A stretch of DNA of 25,202 nt. Source: an uncultured virus (IMG/VR IMGVR_UViG_3300028025_000094) (lineage: Duplodnaviria; Heunggongvirae; Uroviricota; Caudoviricetes). The number at the start of each line of letters is the position of its first letter. Positions within the stretch are counted from its first letter, which is position 1. Shown here piece by piece: positions 24,055-25,202 of the stretch. A program made the position numbers and the translations under genes. The stretch lies in the IMG/VR virus record IMGVR_UViG_3300028025_000094; one strand, written 5' to 3'. Under the pieces are notes generated by a model, which worked only from the letters and a program-made list of their open reading frames with translations, did not search any database and was not told where the DNA came from.

Positions 24055-24261
24055 ATGACAAAAAGAACCTTTATTATCGTATCAGTCCTTTATTTTGTTG
24101 CCACAGCACTTTTCTGTTTCGCATTATACACAGATGGACATCCAACCTTATCAATGGGCATAGCAAGCCTAGCAACCGTGTCATGGACCTGTGTTAAGAT
24201 AGCTGTTGAGACCAATGGATTTAAAACCCCTCGTCGAAAAAACAAACCTCAGACATTTTAA
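24055..24261 (+). CDS. two-TM membrane protein
   Basis: Two hydrophobic segments and a basic tail; promoter 24002. Confidence 0.8.
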   Translation: MTKRTFIIVSVLYFVATALFCFALYTDGHPTLSMGIASLATVSWTCVKIAVETNGFKTPRRKNKPQTF

Positions 24262-24306
24262 TTCCTCGAGGAAAAGTCTTACATTTACCTTATAAAACAC
24301 AAGAAC

Positions 24307-24543
24307 ATGAAATGGATTTTTGAAGTAATAAAATATATTCTAGGATTCCTTTATCTAGCATGGAAGGGATTAGCATTCATCCTCATAGGCACAGCCTATT
24401 TCATTTGGGAATTTAGAATCTCATCATATAAGAAAGTCTGGGATTATCTCTTTGAAGACTTTTATACTCACAGAGACGGGGCAACGACCTACTGGACTTA
24501 CAAGACAATGGACGACTGGGTGAAAGGAGAAAGAACAAGATAA
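24307..24543 (+). CDS. membrane protein
   Basis: Hydrophobic N-terminal half; promoter 24254. Confidence 0.8.
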   Translation: MKWIFEVIKYILGFLYLAWKGLAFILIGTAYFIWEFRISSYKKVWDYLFEDFYTHRDGATTYWTYKTMDDWVKGERTR

Positions 24544-24584
24544 AAGAAAATAGTGTTTGTGGTTAGTTAATAAGTGTTAACGAG

Positions 24585-24613
24585 AAGCCTTCCAAGAAAT
24601 TGGAAGGTTTTTT
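24585..24613 (+). terminator. intrinsic terminator
   Basis: AAGCCTTCCAA-GAAA-TTGGAAGGTTTTTT. Confidence 0.9.
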
Positions 24614-24661
24614 ATGTGGGATGGGCCTAAGGATTCTTAGGCATTCTTATAGCTTATACTA

Positions 24662-25110
24662 GTGAGGGCACCTCCACGGATAAAAACCAAAAAAACCCAA
24701 AAAAGGGAAACTTAGGGTTTTTTAAATCGGGGTGCCCCCGCGGAAAATCAAAAAAGAGAAATTATAAAATTTAAACGGGGGGTGCCCCCACGGAAAAACT
24801 AAAAAAAAGTTTTTTTAGAAAATCAAATCGGGGTGCCCCCACGGAAAAAAAAGGAAGGAAGGGAAAAAAAGGAAAAAGAGAGAATTCCCATAGTGGGCGC
24901 CCTCACGGGTAAGGAAAATTAGGTTTTTTTGGAAATGCCATTATTTTAAATCGGGGTGCCCCCACAGAGAAAACCATTTAAAAAAATTTTAAGGCTATCT
25001 TAGTATGGGGTGCCCTCGCGGGTTGATTATAGTCTTTCTATAATGAGGAGGTCTCACAGTCAAAATAGGGACCAAAAAAAGCTCTATTACATCCCCCGGG
25101 GTGCCCCCAC
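24662..25110. repeat. array of 8-9 site A copies separated by A/T-tract spacers
   Basis: Starts 24662, 24726, 24776, 24827, 24891, 24950, 25004, (25042), 25095; period mostly 50-64 bp; no ORF. Confidence 0.85.
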
Positions 25111-25202
25111 TAAAAAGACCATTATTTAGACCCTAGGGGAGCCTGGGGGGAACGGGGCCTAAAAAGGGCCCTAAAATGGGGGGCTAAAAGGGGGTATTTA
25201 GG

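Larger units (their letters stand above)
156..24287 (+). promoter_or_regulatory. Class I (host-sigma, probably early) promoter family, 29 copies: CATTTT-N7-CG-N11-TAnnTTTR
   Basis: First base at 156, 5338, 5828, 6616 (variant), 6958, 7961, 8513, 9416 (variant), 9542, 11251, 11526, 12565, 13388, 14708, 15015, 15949, 16706, 17279, 17761, 18594, 19467, 20406, 20942, 21385, 22586, 23290, 23766, 24002, 24254. The TAnnTTTR box starts 26 nt downstream in each and matches the Bacteroidetes -7 element TAnnTTTG. Confidence 0.9.
4700..25110. repeat. Site A: dispersed 16-bp quasi-palindrome GTGAGGGYRCCCTCAC, ~43 intergenic copies
   Basis: 16-mer starts: 4700, 4844, 5035, 5147, 5289, 7891, 9217, 11198, 13295, 14585, 14646, 15890, 17143, 17206, 17695, 18207, 18546, 18925, 19345, 19399, 20194, 20246, 20309, 20840, 20884, 21283, 21327, 21948, 21989, 22043, 22537, 23244, 23617, 23657, 23723, 24662, 24726, 24776, 24827, 24891, 24950, 25004, 25095. 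Weaker copies at 4660, 4930, 11094, 23169, 25042. Confidence 0.92.

Noticed and set aside
5338..24613. Classical integron with attC sites
   Set aside because: No RYYYAAC...GTTRRRY bottom-strand hairpins were recognised, there is no integrase in the window, and the cassettes carry their own promoters and terminators.
24662..25110. CRISPR array
   Set aside because: The repeats are only 16 bp and degenerate, the spacers are low-complexity A/T tracts of uneven length, no cas genes are present, and the same motif is dispersed elsewhere.
4700..25110. Site A as merely restriction sites (core GGYRCC = BanI; GGCGCC = NarI/KasI)
   Set aside because: Conservation extends well beyond the hexamer (CCTCAC), some copies lack the hexamer, and placement is positionally constrained. 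A methylation link cannot be excluded but is unsupported.
1..25202. Stop-codon reassignment (TAG/TGA recoding, as in some Bacteroidota phages)
   Set aside because: Genes ending in TAG or TGA are followed directly by terminators, promoters or new starts, and the standard code already gives dense, coherent coding.

Overview
This looks like an accessory region of a large lytic phage infecting Bacteroidota (inferred). Support: a Bacteroidetes-type TAnnTTTG promoter box, A/C-rich leaders with no Shine-Dalgarno sequence, a Bacteroidetes-like ClpS, and about 60 small, mostly hypothetical genes, almost all on the + strand. No structural, replication, rRNA, tRNA or CRISPR genes were seen. The striking feature is the regulatory architecture. 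From ~4.7 kb to the end, the DNA is a series of modules: promoter, 1-5 small genes, intrinsic terminator ending TTTTTTGTGG, 36-43 nt spacer, then 1-3 copies of a 16-bp quasi-palindrome (site A, GTGAGGGYRCCCTCAC). Two promoter classes are visible: 29 copies of CATTTT-N7-CG-N11-TAnnTTTR (host-type, probably early) and ~10 copies of GATAYATA (probably late). The second class serves eight unrelated proteins that share an N-terminal MKH(I/L)x(L/I/K)(F/Y)(E/G) peptide resembling the T4 capsid-targeting sequence. Their cargo includes two ADP-ribosyltransferase-like domains and a P-loop kinase. Also present: a directional 33-bp G-rich element (6 copies), an ORF-less promoter-terminator unit (candidate sRNA), an MraZ-box-like 10-bp array, and two non-coding blocks dense in site A (4160-5340 and 24615-25202). 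All family assignments come from motif recognition by eye, not database searches.
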